Of a stretch of DNA of 64,000 nt, positions 39,005-49,969 are shown in pieces. The notes beneath the pieces were generated by a model. It was given only the letters and a program-made list of their open reading frames with translations. It was not told the origin of the DNA and did not search any database. The stretch lies in the NCBI GenBank assembly GCA_029953675.1, contig JAMWBK010000001.1:2232001-2296000 (forward strand), read 5' to 3'. The DNA comes from Rhodosorus marinus CCMP1338 (Eukaryota; Plantae; Rhodophyta). The position numbers and the translations under genes were made by a program. Within the stretch, counting starts at the first letter, position 1. Every line of letters starts with the position of its first letter.

Positions 39005-39896
39005 ATGAAGTTTGGTGTGCTCTCTACGCCTCCAAGTCTCGGGGAGCTTCGACGATTCCTCGGTCTTCAGAGTGTTGATTTGCCACTTCAACGGCCGTAC
39101 GTTTGGACGACGTCGGTCACCTCCATCGACGGGCGGACGAGCACACAAGAACCTGACGCTGAGGGTGGACATGCAATTGCCACTGCGGGCGGGAAGTATA
39201 ATGGCCTCGTGGACAGAAAGATCCTTGAGCATGGATGGAAAACCGCGGATGCGATCCTCACGACCGGAGAAATTCTGAGATCTGAACCCACGGTTACGTA
39301 TCGACCATCCGGAGCGCGCCGAAAACCGCTCTGCATTATCCTTACGGCATCTGGAATGATCGACCTGGATCATCCAGTGTTTCGTAGGAATCGGACGCTC
39401 ACTGTAACAACGAAGGAGGGACTTCGCCGCCTCAAAGGCTTTCGGAAGTCTGCCGGCCGGGATATGATTGTTTCGGACTCCAACGAGTCTAAAATTAGCC
39501 TCACGTGGCTCCTCAGCTACCTTCGCAAAGAGAAAAACGTTCTGTTTCTTGACGTCAACGCTGGTGGAAGGACGATATCAGATTTCCTAAGTCATGGGCT
39601 TGTGGATGAGATGAGGATAAGCTTGGTGGGAACGGTGCGCCCTGATCTTTCCGTTGACTCCATTTTCATTAGCTTTTTACAAAGAGACTTATTTACAAAG
39701 CAGCGAATCCACGGCTTCCTGAACCCAGATCCTAGGCAGATGGAGTTCTCAAGGCCAGGAGAGGTCGTGCCTCATTGACAACCCTACTGAGACTTGCTAC
39801 GACCTCCGCAATCTACCACTACTATCTTTCAACGAGATTAGAACGACGACCGATGCAAGTCACGTCTTCCTACGACTCAGAACTTCCGGATCATGA
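39005..39896 (+). CDS. Stand-alone RibD C-terminal-domain reductase (pyrimidine reductase/DHFR fold), 2 exons
   Basis: 'RPYVWTTSVTSIDGR', 'ADAILTTGEILRSEP', 'KPLCIILTASG' and 'VNAGGRTISDFLSHGLVDEMRI'. Exon 2 from ~39730 ends 'SHVFLRLRTSGS*'. Confidence 0.85.
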
Positions 39897-40076
39897 ACTT
39901 GTTGCGGCGGGTCAGGTGAGCAGCATTGGACCAGGGTCTGTCAAACAGAATCGCTTCAGAATGTTCTCGGAGGATTATATTGATCCACATCCTCTCTTCC
40001 AATCATTGCACTTATTTTCGTGCCCATGCTTCATATGCAGCTTCCTTCCTTGAAAGCTCGCTTCACCATGACCAGT

Positions 40077-40424
40077 ACATTGACCGGAACATTGGCATGG
40101 GATTGGCCACAACCTTTGCCGGAGCATTGACCGGAACATTGGCATGGGCATTGGCCAGAATATTTGCCGGAGCATTGACCGGAACATTAGCATGGGCATT
40201 TGCCTGAACATTGGCCGGAACATTGGCCGGAACATTGGCCGGAACATTGGCTGGAACATTGGCCGGAACATTGGCTGGAACATTGGCCGGAACATTGGCC
40301 GGAACATTGGCCGGAACATTGGCCGGAACATTGGCCGGAACATTGGCCGGAACATTGGCCGGAACATTGGCAGGAAAATTGGCAAGGAAAATTGGCTGGA
40401 AGATTCGCTGGGACATTGGCCGGA
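40077..40424. repeat. 12-bp minisatellite AACATTGGCCGG (14 near-pure units at 40207-40374) with a 48-bp higher-order block on the left and degenerate units on the right
   Basis: Directly visible. Minus strand reads ANVP repeats and (ANAH ANVP VNAP ANIL)-type tetramers. Confidence 0.97.
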
Positions 40425-40459
40425 GCAAGTGGTCATACATTTTTCGCAGACGTAACGAG

Positions 40460-41602
40460 TCAAACTTTCCGGATCTTCAGCTTCCCATCCTCTGTCAGGT
40501 AAGTCTCTAGTCCCGCTGTTCTCAACAGTTCGCTCTGTTGCGCTTCCTTAATCTCATACGATTCGATTTCCTTCTGAACCTCCTCATTCCCCGCGCACAG
40601 GTTCCTAATACACATAACCGACCATTCTCTCATCATAGGATTCTCGTCATCTACCCCCATGGACGATAAAACCAGCGGAATACCACCCAGGTGTAGCACC
40701 AGATTCTGTGCATCACGACCGCCAAGGTGCACGGAGAACATCAAGAGGCGAAGTGCAGAAGACCTGGAGGAAGTTAAGTTTCCATCGACGGCAGATTGAA
40801 GTCCGCAGATTGATACCTCAACGGCGTTTTCGACGAGATTTCCGGTGGAAGCAGCGGTTCCCAGGAGGGTTAGCGCGCTGGCCTTCCCTTCTTTGGCGAG
40901 CGTGGAGAGTATCCCGACAAGCGACCCAGGATCAAGTTTGATCTTCAGATGGACGTTATCGGTAGACAAGAGCTCGTCTACGGCGTAGATGAACGTGTCC
41001 AAGCACAAGGAACCCTCTTCTGATTCTTGTAGAGTGCCAAGACTTGAATTGAAAAGCTTTGGACTCTGTGCGAGTTTCCTCGTAATGATTAAGGACCACT
41101 GAGCGATGTCTTCGTCCTCGGAAGAAAGGCACCTGGCCGAGGAACTTAAGAGCTTTTCGTCCATGGAAAGCGCCAACGCCGCGGCCTCATCGGCGTTGAT
41201 ACAGGCGTTCAACAACGCGAGAGTAGGAACGTCGTCATGGGAGAGAATGTCCAGATTCGATTCGAAGATCTCCTTCCATATGCAAGGAGCCAGGTCTTGA
41301 GATCCACAAACCACGTTGTTCAGCAGCTTGATCGCTTCAGACCTCGCCTCATCGCGATCGCCTTCAGCTCTTTTCAAGCTCGCCACAGCACAAGCACTCA
41401 CATCGGTAGGGACAAGAGCCTGCCGAAAAGCCGGCCCCTTGGCCATTGCGTTCCTCAAGAACCGCAAACAACGAACTTCACCGAGCTCAGCTTCTTCCAA
41501 AACCCTGCCAGCGAGTCCCTTGAGCTCATCAAGGTTGATCCCTTCTTCCAGAAACTTCTCCAACTCCTCAAACTCTGATTCCGTTCCCTCAGAGGCAGCC
41601 AT
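40460..41602 (-). CDS. ATXN10: Ataxin-10 homolog (ARM repeats plus C-terminal Atx10 domain)
   Basis: C-terminal 'AQNLVLHLGGIPLVLSSMGVDDENPMMREWSVMCIRNLCAGNEEVQKEI' is the ataxin-10 signature. Confidence 0.9.
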   Translation of the reverse strand: MAASEGTESEFEELEKFLEEGINLDELKGLAGRVLEEAELGEVRCLRFLRNAMAKGPAFRQALVPTDVSACAVASLKRAEGDRDEARSEAIKLLNNVVCGSQDLAPCIWKEIFESNLDILSHDDVPTLALLNACINADEAAALALSMDEKLLSSSARCLSSEDEDIAQWSLIITRKLAQSPKLFNSSLGTLQESEEGSLCLDTFIYAVDELLSTDNVHLKIKLDPGSLVGILSTLAKEGKASALTLLGTAASTGNLVENAVEVSICGLQSAVDGNLTSSRSSALRLLMFSVHLGGRDAQNLVLHLGGIPLVLSSMGVDDENPMMREWSVMCIRNLCAGNEEVQKEIESYEIKEAQQSELLRTAGLETYLTEDGKLKIRKV

Positions 41603-42388
41603 GACCTGCGAAAGCCCCTCCTTTCTATACCATCAGCACCCTCAATGGAAACCACCACGAAAGATAAAAACCATCACCCTTTCCCCTCTTTCTACTACGT
41701 CGAGTCTCTAGGTGCGCGTTGTGATCGCGGCTACAAAGAAGCTTGGTCCACCCACACGGTCTCATCGCCGTCGCGAAGCGCCGCGAATCCATTTGAAAAT
41801 CAACAAAATCTCAGAAATGAGGCATGGAAAACGAACACGAAAGATATGTCGCCGTTATCTTTCCCGCGTTGACTCTGGCAAGTCTTCAAAGTCTCCTAGC
41901 GGAGGCCGATAACGAGGAAGGCCAAGTTCACGATACAGGCTCCGCGAATGTGTTGTGGATACCAACGTAAATAGGAGCTGAGCAAAACTGACTACGTGGT
42001 CGTGGTGAGGGAGTCAGTGTAGCCCCATCTCAACACACAGTTTCCATGGAGGAGCTTTCGGGAACGAAGTGAATGCGTTTGGGGTAAGAAATAGTCCTCT
42101 CTTTTGCGATCTCAAAAGGTGTCAACGTTCTGTCCATTTCCATCTTGAACTTGACCGAAAAGAATCCTTTCTTTGCCGCCGTCGCGTGCGCGGCTACGAC
42201 CTGCTCAGCAACTGGTGGGGTAGGGAAGGTGACAATTTGACTAGGCCTGAGCTTCTCAACCGAGGAGTTCTGCTCCTGGTCGTCGGAATTGCTCGTTTCG
42301 ACCTAGAACTAGAGCTGGGATAGGTTTGGAAAGGCCAGACGTAACTGCAGTCCCCTTCAAAGCTTTTGTTGATGTTCTTTCCCAGCGA

Positions 42389-43738
42389 ATGGAAGTAGGC
42401 TGCGGAGGACGAACGAAGGAGCATGAGGTCTTGTCAGCGCTGCATCGGTGGGCTGTCCAGCCCTATCACCGTCTTCGATCGATCGAGTTGGATGTTCGAT
42501 CAGTCTTTGAGATAGCGGAGGCGGTAGAGGCGCCGGTCATTGCCAATCTCCGATGCGGTCTTTGGTACGTTCCTCCCCGATATCGGGCCGGCGTATCGCA
42601 CTTCAAGTCTGGCGATGGCCACTACGGTCAATGGAGTTTCTCAATGAGGAGGCTCAACGTTCACCTGCTCCAGATTTTAGCGTCCAAATGGAAAGCTCTC
42701 GTTGTGGACGCGACTCGTACTGGAAAGAGGTTTCCAGATTCTCTCTCCAAAACGTTGCCGATATGGACTTGCGTCGTTAACCGAGCGGTTCTTGGCTTCA
42801 CTGACGAGCCTCTGGTCTTACCGCCTTGGATTCCGAAGCAGGAACAGGTGAGGATAGAGGGTATGATCCCGGAGTGGGTCAGGCGATGCAGATCAGCCCT
42901 TGGACAGATGAACTTGCCGAAACCTGAGAAGAAGCTGGGAATCATTTGGCTACGTCCAGAATCCACCATTCTGGAGTCTTACTCCCATGTTGACTTTTGT
43001 CCGATCTTCGCTCTGAGCGCCTCTCGGGTTGTCGAGGAAGGCACCCGTGCTGATATGAACGGCTTCCACTACATCCCTGGAGCGGGTGATGACGAGGAGA
43101 GCTGGGCGCTCGGACTCGGTGCAGACAGTTTCCATGAAAACGTCCAGGCGATCTTAGGAGACGGCCCCGATGGATGTGAGCAGCGAATGCAGTCGTTTGC
43201 GTGCAGCAAAGTAGAGAACGTTTCGAACTCCATTGGAGATCGGCGGTTCCCGCTTTGGGATACCGGTGTACAGATCGGTGCGATGGAATGCCTCGACGAC
43301 CCGGGCGTGTGGAAAAAGTTCGGGAAAGTACTGGTTTTGAATCATTCAGACGATCTCCTGGCGAAAGTCGGCAGTGCAGATCTCGACAAGCTGGTTCACC
43401 TCACGATGATGAGCAAGAAAGGTAAACCAGATCGACGCTACGGACTCCAGCGCGCTCTCCCACGTGTACTTGGGATACTCCAGGAGACCAGCTCGGTTCT
43501 CTTGGTTTCGGACTCCGACATGGAGTACTCCGTTGCTGCTTCGATAGCATTTCTCGCCTCTTCCTGTGAGAGGGATGCCCTCGGATGCTACTACAGGACC
43601 GAGGGATATCTTGTTCCTGACAAGGAGTCGTTTAGCCTCGCTCTTGCTTCTCTCGGCACGGAAGTACCACACCCAATAACACCCTCGAGAACCGTGTTGA
43701 AACAAGTTCATCGGTACTTCATGAGTTCTCCACCATAG
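42389..43738 (+). CDS. RIT1: tRNA A64-2'-O-ribosylphosphate transferase (initiator tRNA phosphoribosyl transferase)
   Basis: 'HRLRSIELD', 'ANLRCGLWY', 'FKSGDGHYGQWSFSMRRLN', 'VVDATRTGKRFPDSLSKTLPIW..V.NRA' and 'YIPGAGDDEESWALGL'. Confidence 0.93.
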   Translation: MEVGCGGRTKEHEVLSALHRWAVQPYHRLRSIELDVRSVFEIAEAVEAPVIANLRCGLWYVPPRYRAGVSHFKSGDGHYGQWSFSMRRLNVHLLQILASKWKALVVDATRTGKRFPDSLSKTLPIWTCVVNRAVLGFTDEPLVLPPWIPKQEQVRIEGMIPEWVRRCRSALGQMNLPKPEKKLGIIWLRPESTILESYSHVDFCPIFALSASRVVEEGTRADMNGFHYIPGAGDDEESWALGLGADSFHENVQAILGDGPDGCEQRMQSFACSKVENVSNSIGDRRFPLWDTGVQIGAMECLDDPGVWKKFGKVLVLNHSDDLLAKVGSADLDKLVHLTMMSKKGKPDRRYGLQRALPRVLGILQETSSVLLVSDSDMEYSVAASIAFLASSCERDALGCYYRTEGYLVPDKESFSLALASLGTEVPHPITPSRTVLKQVHRYFMSSPP

Positions 43739-44198
43739 CGCGATTCGTTCAAACTGGACGAGTTGGGTTTGAAGTGGTGCGAAGCGGGTTTGGAGAGATA
43801 GTCAATAGCTTCTTCCGATTGCTGAGAATAAATTAAGCATATGAAAGCAGAGGGAGAACACTGGGAGTGCAGAAGAACCGGTGTTAGTGAGCTTCGTGCC
43901 CTGCGTGATCCCTTTTCGCCGCAGTGAGAAACGGACACGGACAGACGTTGCATAGCTTCTTCTGATTTGTTGAGAATGGGTAGCGGTGTGAAAGCAGAGA
44001 GAGTACAACGCGGGTGGAGACGCACTGGCTCTCGGGATGGTGTCGATGGTTTCGGCAGTGAATGGTGCAGTTGTAGGTATTTGAGTTGAGCACGTGTTAT
44101 TATATTGTATGAACAGGCATAATAGTTCAGGCGACATATGTGTACGTATCATAATAATTAAGAGAATACTAGAAAACGGTTATCATTAGGCTCGCCCC

Positions 44199-44744
44199 TT
44201 ATGTGTCGACTGGGACAGCCTCATTGACAATCTTCGCTTTCTGTTCCTCGTCTATCATGGAGACCGTTATGGGGAGCATCACCGAGACTATTGTCGAGTA
44301 GAGGTGTACCCACGATGTCTGCACCTCGCCCTCAAATTTCTCTCCCAACTCGGTCTGAAGCGCGCCCACTAGCGCAAGTCCTACCGCGCAATAATGCTCG
44401 GGACGAACACCGTAGTTGTGATGTCGCCTCGCCAAGGCCTGCAAGGTGGCCACCAGCCCGTCCACATCCTCGTCGAGAATTCTAACCGCAGTTGAAAGCA
44501 GAAGCCCGAGTTTACTCGCCTGTCCCCTGATATCGGCCTTGAACAGAGGCCTCACCGCGGGGGCCAACTCGAACAGCTTGCCGTAGAAGCTCTCAGCAAA
44601 CGACTGCAGCTGAGCCTCCCTGTCGCCTTCAGCAAAAATTCTCTCCCAGCTGCTCTTCACCAAAGCCACCCTGTCTGCAGTCATCTCCGGCGAAGCAACG
44701 CAGAACTCCGGGACATAAGATTCCCATGACGATGCGACCGTCAT
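44199..44744 (-). CDS. Single-domain 3/3 globin (flavohaemoglobin-related), 181 aa
   Basis: 'VKSSWERI', B-helix 'FYGKLFELAPAVRPLF' (TyrB10, PheCD1), E7 Gln 'GQASKL', proximal His 'LARRHHNYGVRPEHY' and 'W..LY'. Confidence 0.92.
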   Translation of the reverse strand: MTVASSWESYVPEFCVASPEMTADRVALVKSSWERIFAEGDREAQLQSFAESFYGKLFELAPAVRPLFKADIRGQASKLGLLLSTAVRILDEDVDGLVATLQALARRHHNYGVRPEHYCAVGLALVGALQTELGEKFEGEVQTSWVHLYSTIVSVMLPITVSMIDEEQKAKIVNEAVPVDT

Positions 44745-47449
44745 TCCTCCTCCCACCTTCAATACAACCCTCAGATGAGATTGCCCACGTATCCTACTAC
44801 AAGTTCTTCTCCCTCCTCCCCCCCCCCCAAACACTCAAACTTCTCCACGATCAACTAGCCAAAGTACCTAGCATATCCTCCCCCGGCCGTCCCACCGCTT
44901 GTACATTCAGCAAAGAGCTCGCCCCTTTATATACTCCCCAACCGAAAGTATCCCGTCAACCCCAGGGTTTGTTGGGGCGTCATCCTATGATGACGCCCAA
45001 CAAACCCTCGAAATATTTAAAACAATCGAAATTATTTTGCAGATACGGAATTTTTTTCTCTGTTTTTCGTAGCAAAAGTAGCAGAGAGGAGTAAGTAACC
45101 AGTCGACTCCAGTTTGACGTAAGAACACCAAAACTCAAAAGAATGAAAAATAAAATAATTTCACTATACTCGTCGAAAGTTGGCCTGGTGACTAGTGATT
45201 TGTCGATTTGTGACAAAAATGAATGTTTCTATATCAACTTAAAAAATAAAAAAAAAAGGTCTCCAGTTGACCAAAAAAAGCTCTGACGGGAAACGCTTAG
45301 AGGATGTGTGATTGCGCGGAAGTTAGACATGTTGAGTTGACGGGTGACGCAGATGAGTCTCTTGTGAGAAAAAAAAGAAGAAATTGTTTTGATGAACACT
45401 TGAAAAAAGAATTGGTTTTTATGGATTTAATTGGATGGCGTATCCTGTCAGTGTGGGGAGGTAGCCCTAAACCTATTTCAAGAATTAAAAAATGAATGTT
45501 TTTGATGGCAGCGCGTCTTGTGCTTGAAATAATTGCCAATATATTTTGGGGGGGGGGGAGTGGCGCAGGGTTTGATAGGGGACGCGATTCAGGTGAATTT
45601 GTTGTGTTTTACGAGAAGGAAGACATGAAGCGAATGTATAGTCGTGGAGACGTGGAGCTGATGGCAATGGTGTGTAACAGGTCGGTTGGAGAGATGGGGG
45701 TGCACACCTTTTTAACGGATTCGTGAAAGCTTTGCGAAAGTCTTCTAGTTGTTGAAGGAGTTCTTTACCGAAGAATCCGTATTGAACAAGACCGGAACGC
45801 TGTGGAGTGTTGGTCGAACGACGTAGACACTCAGTGAAGCGAGGAAGGAGCGACGCGTCATCGCGGTTGCGAAAATAGTTACGAAGAGAAGCGGATTTAC
45901 AGATCCGATGACCTGGTAAAACTGGGTACGTCTAACATAAGTATGCAAAGCCGAGCATACGCGACTGGATCGTTCGGGTGGGGGGGGGGTAGTACATTGG
46001 TGAAGCGCCATCCCAAAATCGGCTAAGCTTTGGGATGGATTTGTGCTGCACTAGCCCGCCAAAGTAGAATAACCTTCCTACGCGTGATAAAATTCCGCGC
46101 CCAACTTTCTCTCAAGCCAAACGACTCTAGTCGTCCCCACGAGCCCAAAAAACTATACTACTACACTGACCCATCGCCCCCGTTCTTACTGTCGTCTCGG
46201 CGTTACTTCTTACTGAATATCTCTCGAAGGAAATTACCCATCCACCCGATCTGCCCCGTACCACCGAATTCCAAAGCACACATTTCTTTACATACTGTGA
46301 TCTCTGACGAAAGAAGCACTCCCTGCCAATGGCAAATCTGTCTAAGGTCTGCTGTACATGGACGGTGGCATAGCGAAGCTAAGGGACCACGACTGGAGTG
46401 AGCGACTTGATCAGATCCTTGCTGATATTTAGCATTTTTCGCAATCTTGTAGGCCAAATCCAAGAGCGCGACCCCCACCAGGGGATCTACTTATGACAAC
46501 GTTCTTATCAATCCAACGAGGTCAATTGAGGACTGGGAATCGTTTTTCCATAGAAAAAATTTGATTTTTTGGTCCATCCCAACATCGCGCAATCAGTTGC
46601 GTCAGCCGATTTACGAGCTTCTTCTTCGTCTAGGGATTACTGGAAAACTATCGACCTCGTGTTGATGTTTCTAGGCCACGGAATATGGAAGTCACAAAGC
46701 TCGTGAGTGTAGTGTCCCCTTTTCCATCAATAGTTTTATGGAAGTTTTTCAGTTTACGTGGGGAATATTCTAAAAGTCTTTGCTCCCCTCTCATCATGTC
46801 GCAGCTTCCTGGTGAGCTTTCGTGCAGAAGGTTCTAACAGCCGCGTTCTTGCTAAACGAATTCCAGTGAGCGCAGGCATGAAGGCGGCGTCGGCGTAGGA
46901 TCAGGGTAGAATTTAGTCGTCCATGCCTCGAGAAAAACAACTCCTCGTGGGGTGGTGACTAGCGCTGTCCACGTTTATTCTCGATGAGTTGAGGCAGTAT
47001 TGCTGTGGCGGCAAAGCTACGTGCGCGGGGGTTGCATGCATACCAAATTGTACTGACTATATTGGGAGAGTTGTTTTTGTCTGGTGGTTGTTGCCGGATC
47101 CATTTTTTGAATTCCAAAGTATAGCAAGCAACTGGACATTACGAAAACTTTCGATCTGCTCTTGCAGAATTTTTTGGTATGAGCATGAACTGGTTCAAGT
47201 GGCCTACGTTAAGACAGCCTACGGCTTGCTTTCAAAAGCTCCTCGAGGTCCATGACAAACAAGTTACTACTTCAATGCAGGCTCATCGTAACGCTTTGCT
47301 TGAGGGGCACCGCATAGACCTGGCCTCTCAGGTTGGAAACTCTCAAGGTCCAGTATAATGCGTGCCGTGTTTTTTTTCTATCGGTTGCCGAGGTGCAGCC
47401 GACAAACTTTTTCAGATGGATCGACTAGCATCTGCCTCCTTGGCTGTGA

Positions 47450-48140
47450 TTTTGCTGGTACCCAATGCGTTGATCATCGTCTTTTGCAGTTCGTTTTCCT
47501 CTTGAATGACCACCTGGCGCTACCGTCGTGACGTGGTGATAAACAATTTTTCCAGCAGCCCCAAGGCTGTGGTAAGCGCAGCACATCTGTTCGAGCCGCC
47601 TCTGAGTGACCACTTGCTCGAGTATGAGACCGACGAGTAGCCGGACGCAGCCACTTTTCCTTCTACGAGGTGAGATTGATAGCGTTGTGTCTCAGTTGTC
47701 CCCTTATGGTATGACACCTTTTGCGCGATTCGATGGTTGTAGTAGACTGCACCCTACTCAGCAAGCGGGGTAATTGAGCCCACTCAAGCCGCGGTCACTT
47801 GACTGACGAGTCTCTCGTACTGCCGGAGTCCAGATCGAGCCTTCAGCCTTGCGATGAGGCGTATTCGCTATTAGGTCTTCTCCTAACGACGATAACTGCG
47901 AAAAGAGATGCTTCGAAGCTCTTCAAAGAATGTATTCCGCTCTCACCATTGCTCAGCTCCGAGAATGAGATCTTTTCAAACCAAGGACGAAGCAGGGCAG
48001 ATGAGAATCGTTACTGCTCACAGTCTGCTGATCATCGACAAAGAGTTCGTTCGTCTGGCAGTATGGCTGGATCGCTGAAACAGTTTGGCGTAATAGTACG
48101 TTAACCCAGCTGCAGCTTTGCATCTGTTGAGGTTTAAGCT
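47450..48140 (-). mobile_element. Decayed CRE-like RT relic (N-terminal half)
   Basis: 'LRPWFEKISFSELSNGESGIHSL' (region of GA.L.AL.K..GG.RPI), 'QLRHNAIN' (NAFN), 'ALGLLEKLF' and 'KDDD'. Exact 18-bp match 48061-48078 = 53421-53438. Confidence 0.45.
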
Positions 48141-48559
48141 TTGTTGGCGAAGGTGGTTCGTCCTGCGGTGTTCGAAAGTCTGCACCATGTTTTGCTTACT
48201 ATCGGCTGTGGGCTAAGCACTCCACTTACGTGAAGGTTTTTGATGAATCCGAGCGAAGCTTTCGAAGCTTGATCAGGTTCCCCGAATAAGACATGGCAGA
48301 GGTTAAGAGTTTGGTGCCAACTGTAGCCCCTTGCAATGCAAGTGTGTCTTCCCCAAGCCCGAAACCCCAAACCTTACGAATACGCCCAGTACGTCGCTTG
48401 ATCAGTTTGCGGGGTGAAAGGAGGCACAAATGTAGGGGGTTGATGTCAACAGTAGCCGCTTGAATAACCTAGGGAAAGGAACGCGTCTTCCTCAAGCCCC
48501 GAAACTTGCGGATTCGCACACTCTATACTTTGAGAGCACTGCGAATAGCCTTGTCTTCC

Positions 48560-49140
48560 CGATTTTAGTTCAACAGCAGTGGTGTACGATTCCACGAGGT
48601 CCGTTTTCGGATGAAATCTCTCATACTCTCTAGTACTGCTCGGGCTCTAGCGAACCTCGTCCGTGAACTGCTTGGAGTGATATCACTCTCTAGTACTGCT
48701 CGGACACTAGCGAACCTCGTCCGTGAACTGCTTGGAGTGATATCAGAGGCATCGTCCAACCCGTTTGGACACTGGTCTACAAGTCGTCATCATCAGCATC
48801 GTCTAGTCTACAAGTACTGCAACAATTCACAAAGGGCGATGACCTGTGTGCGGAATGCCCAGGTGAACAAAACCCTCGTTCTTCCAAATATCCCTGAATG
48901 ACGCCAGGACCTGCTGCGCGTAAGCAGCCACACGCTCGTAGTAAGAGGATCTGCGGTGATTCACATCTAGATCGACGAGGGAAGCCATCCGAGCGACAAC
49001 GACTATACACCGCCGCAAGAGCGTCTGGGGGTCCAAGGAGGCACACGTCGTCATTGTACCCCACCGTACGAACCTGAGGGAGGAACTCAGATCGGTATGA
49101 ATCTCCGAACGAAGAAGGACAGACAGTAACTCGCAACCAC
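48560..49140 (-). mobile_element. Decayed CRE-like RT relic with the catalytic motif
   Basis: 'RTVGYNDDVCLLGPPDALAAVY' is a YxDD box typical of this clade (Y.DD..L.GPP..V). 'TPLLLN' lies downstream. Confidence 0.6.
48625..48744. repeat. 60-bp tandem duplication
   Basis: 48625-48684 vs 48685-48744, 2 mismatches. Confidence 0.95.
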
Positions 49141-49969
49141 CAAGATAGCCCTTGAACCTGAGGGAATTCATATCAGAGACGAAGCGACCCCACGGGCGTG
49201 CCAAAAAAGGGGCGTTTCTTCGGGCCCGCGCAGTTCGACGCTTACTATCGTGGTGGTTGCGAACTATTGTGTGTGGCCTTCTATCGTTCGGGGATGGCAG
49301 ATCGGGGGGTTTTCCTTTTGAACCATACAGCATCCCCACCCAATGCGGCCAAGTCCGGTCATATTTCCATCTTAGCTACCCCCCATATCAACTGAACAAC
49401 CGTCCAGAAATACATTTAAACAATGTCGGCCATCACAGCCCCAAACCCATCTTCCGACCCAGATGCCTTGACACCGCGTTTCACTTTTGGATAGCAAACT
49501 CCGCACCGTCCACACCCTCCATTTTTCAATAAAACCTGTACTCACCCCCTGCACACAAGCAGTAGATCCTTAACAATAATACTATATACATACATCTTAA
49601 TGTTCATAAATAAATTGAATTAAAATTATTTATTGAAGATATTACTGGGATTTAGTAGTATATACGGACGTATAGTAAATGGAGGACCGGGAGGGGGGGG
49701 GGGGTTGAATACTGTCGATTTGGCCGAGATTGTGAATGTGGAGTAATCCGTCACATCTAGATGTTCAACGCGATTTGTGTCGTATATAAGCTGAGCTGGG
49801 TTGGGTTTTGAAGGGGCTTTGGGGTGGGTGGGAGGGCTGAAAGAGTTGAGGAGAGGGTTCTTGGGGGTGTTTGAGAGTAAGAGAGTGCTTTTTGAGAGCT
49901 TCTTAAAGATTTGTATTCTTCTGTAGGAATTGTTTGTTTTTGTTTTTTTGTGTTTTTTTCTGGTTGGGT

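Noticed and set aside
39975-40510. Several overlapping ORFs (MFRP, EHWP, AGTL, NIGR repeats) as genes
   Set aside because: A stop-free 12-bp unit opens all frames, so these are by-products of the minisatellite.
41900-42250. Additional RLE-like relic upstream of RIT1 (and similar hints at 17600-17900)
   Set aside because: The motif resemblance is too faint to list as a feature without a profile search.
45720-45900. Gypsy integrase-adjacent motif 'LLVVEGVLYRRI'
   Set aside because: A single short motif with no supporting HHCC or DDE motifs; too weak to call.
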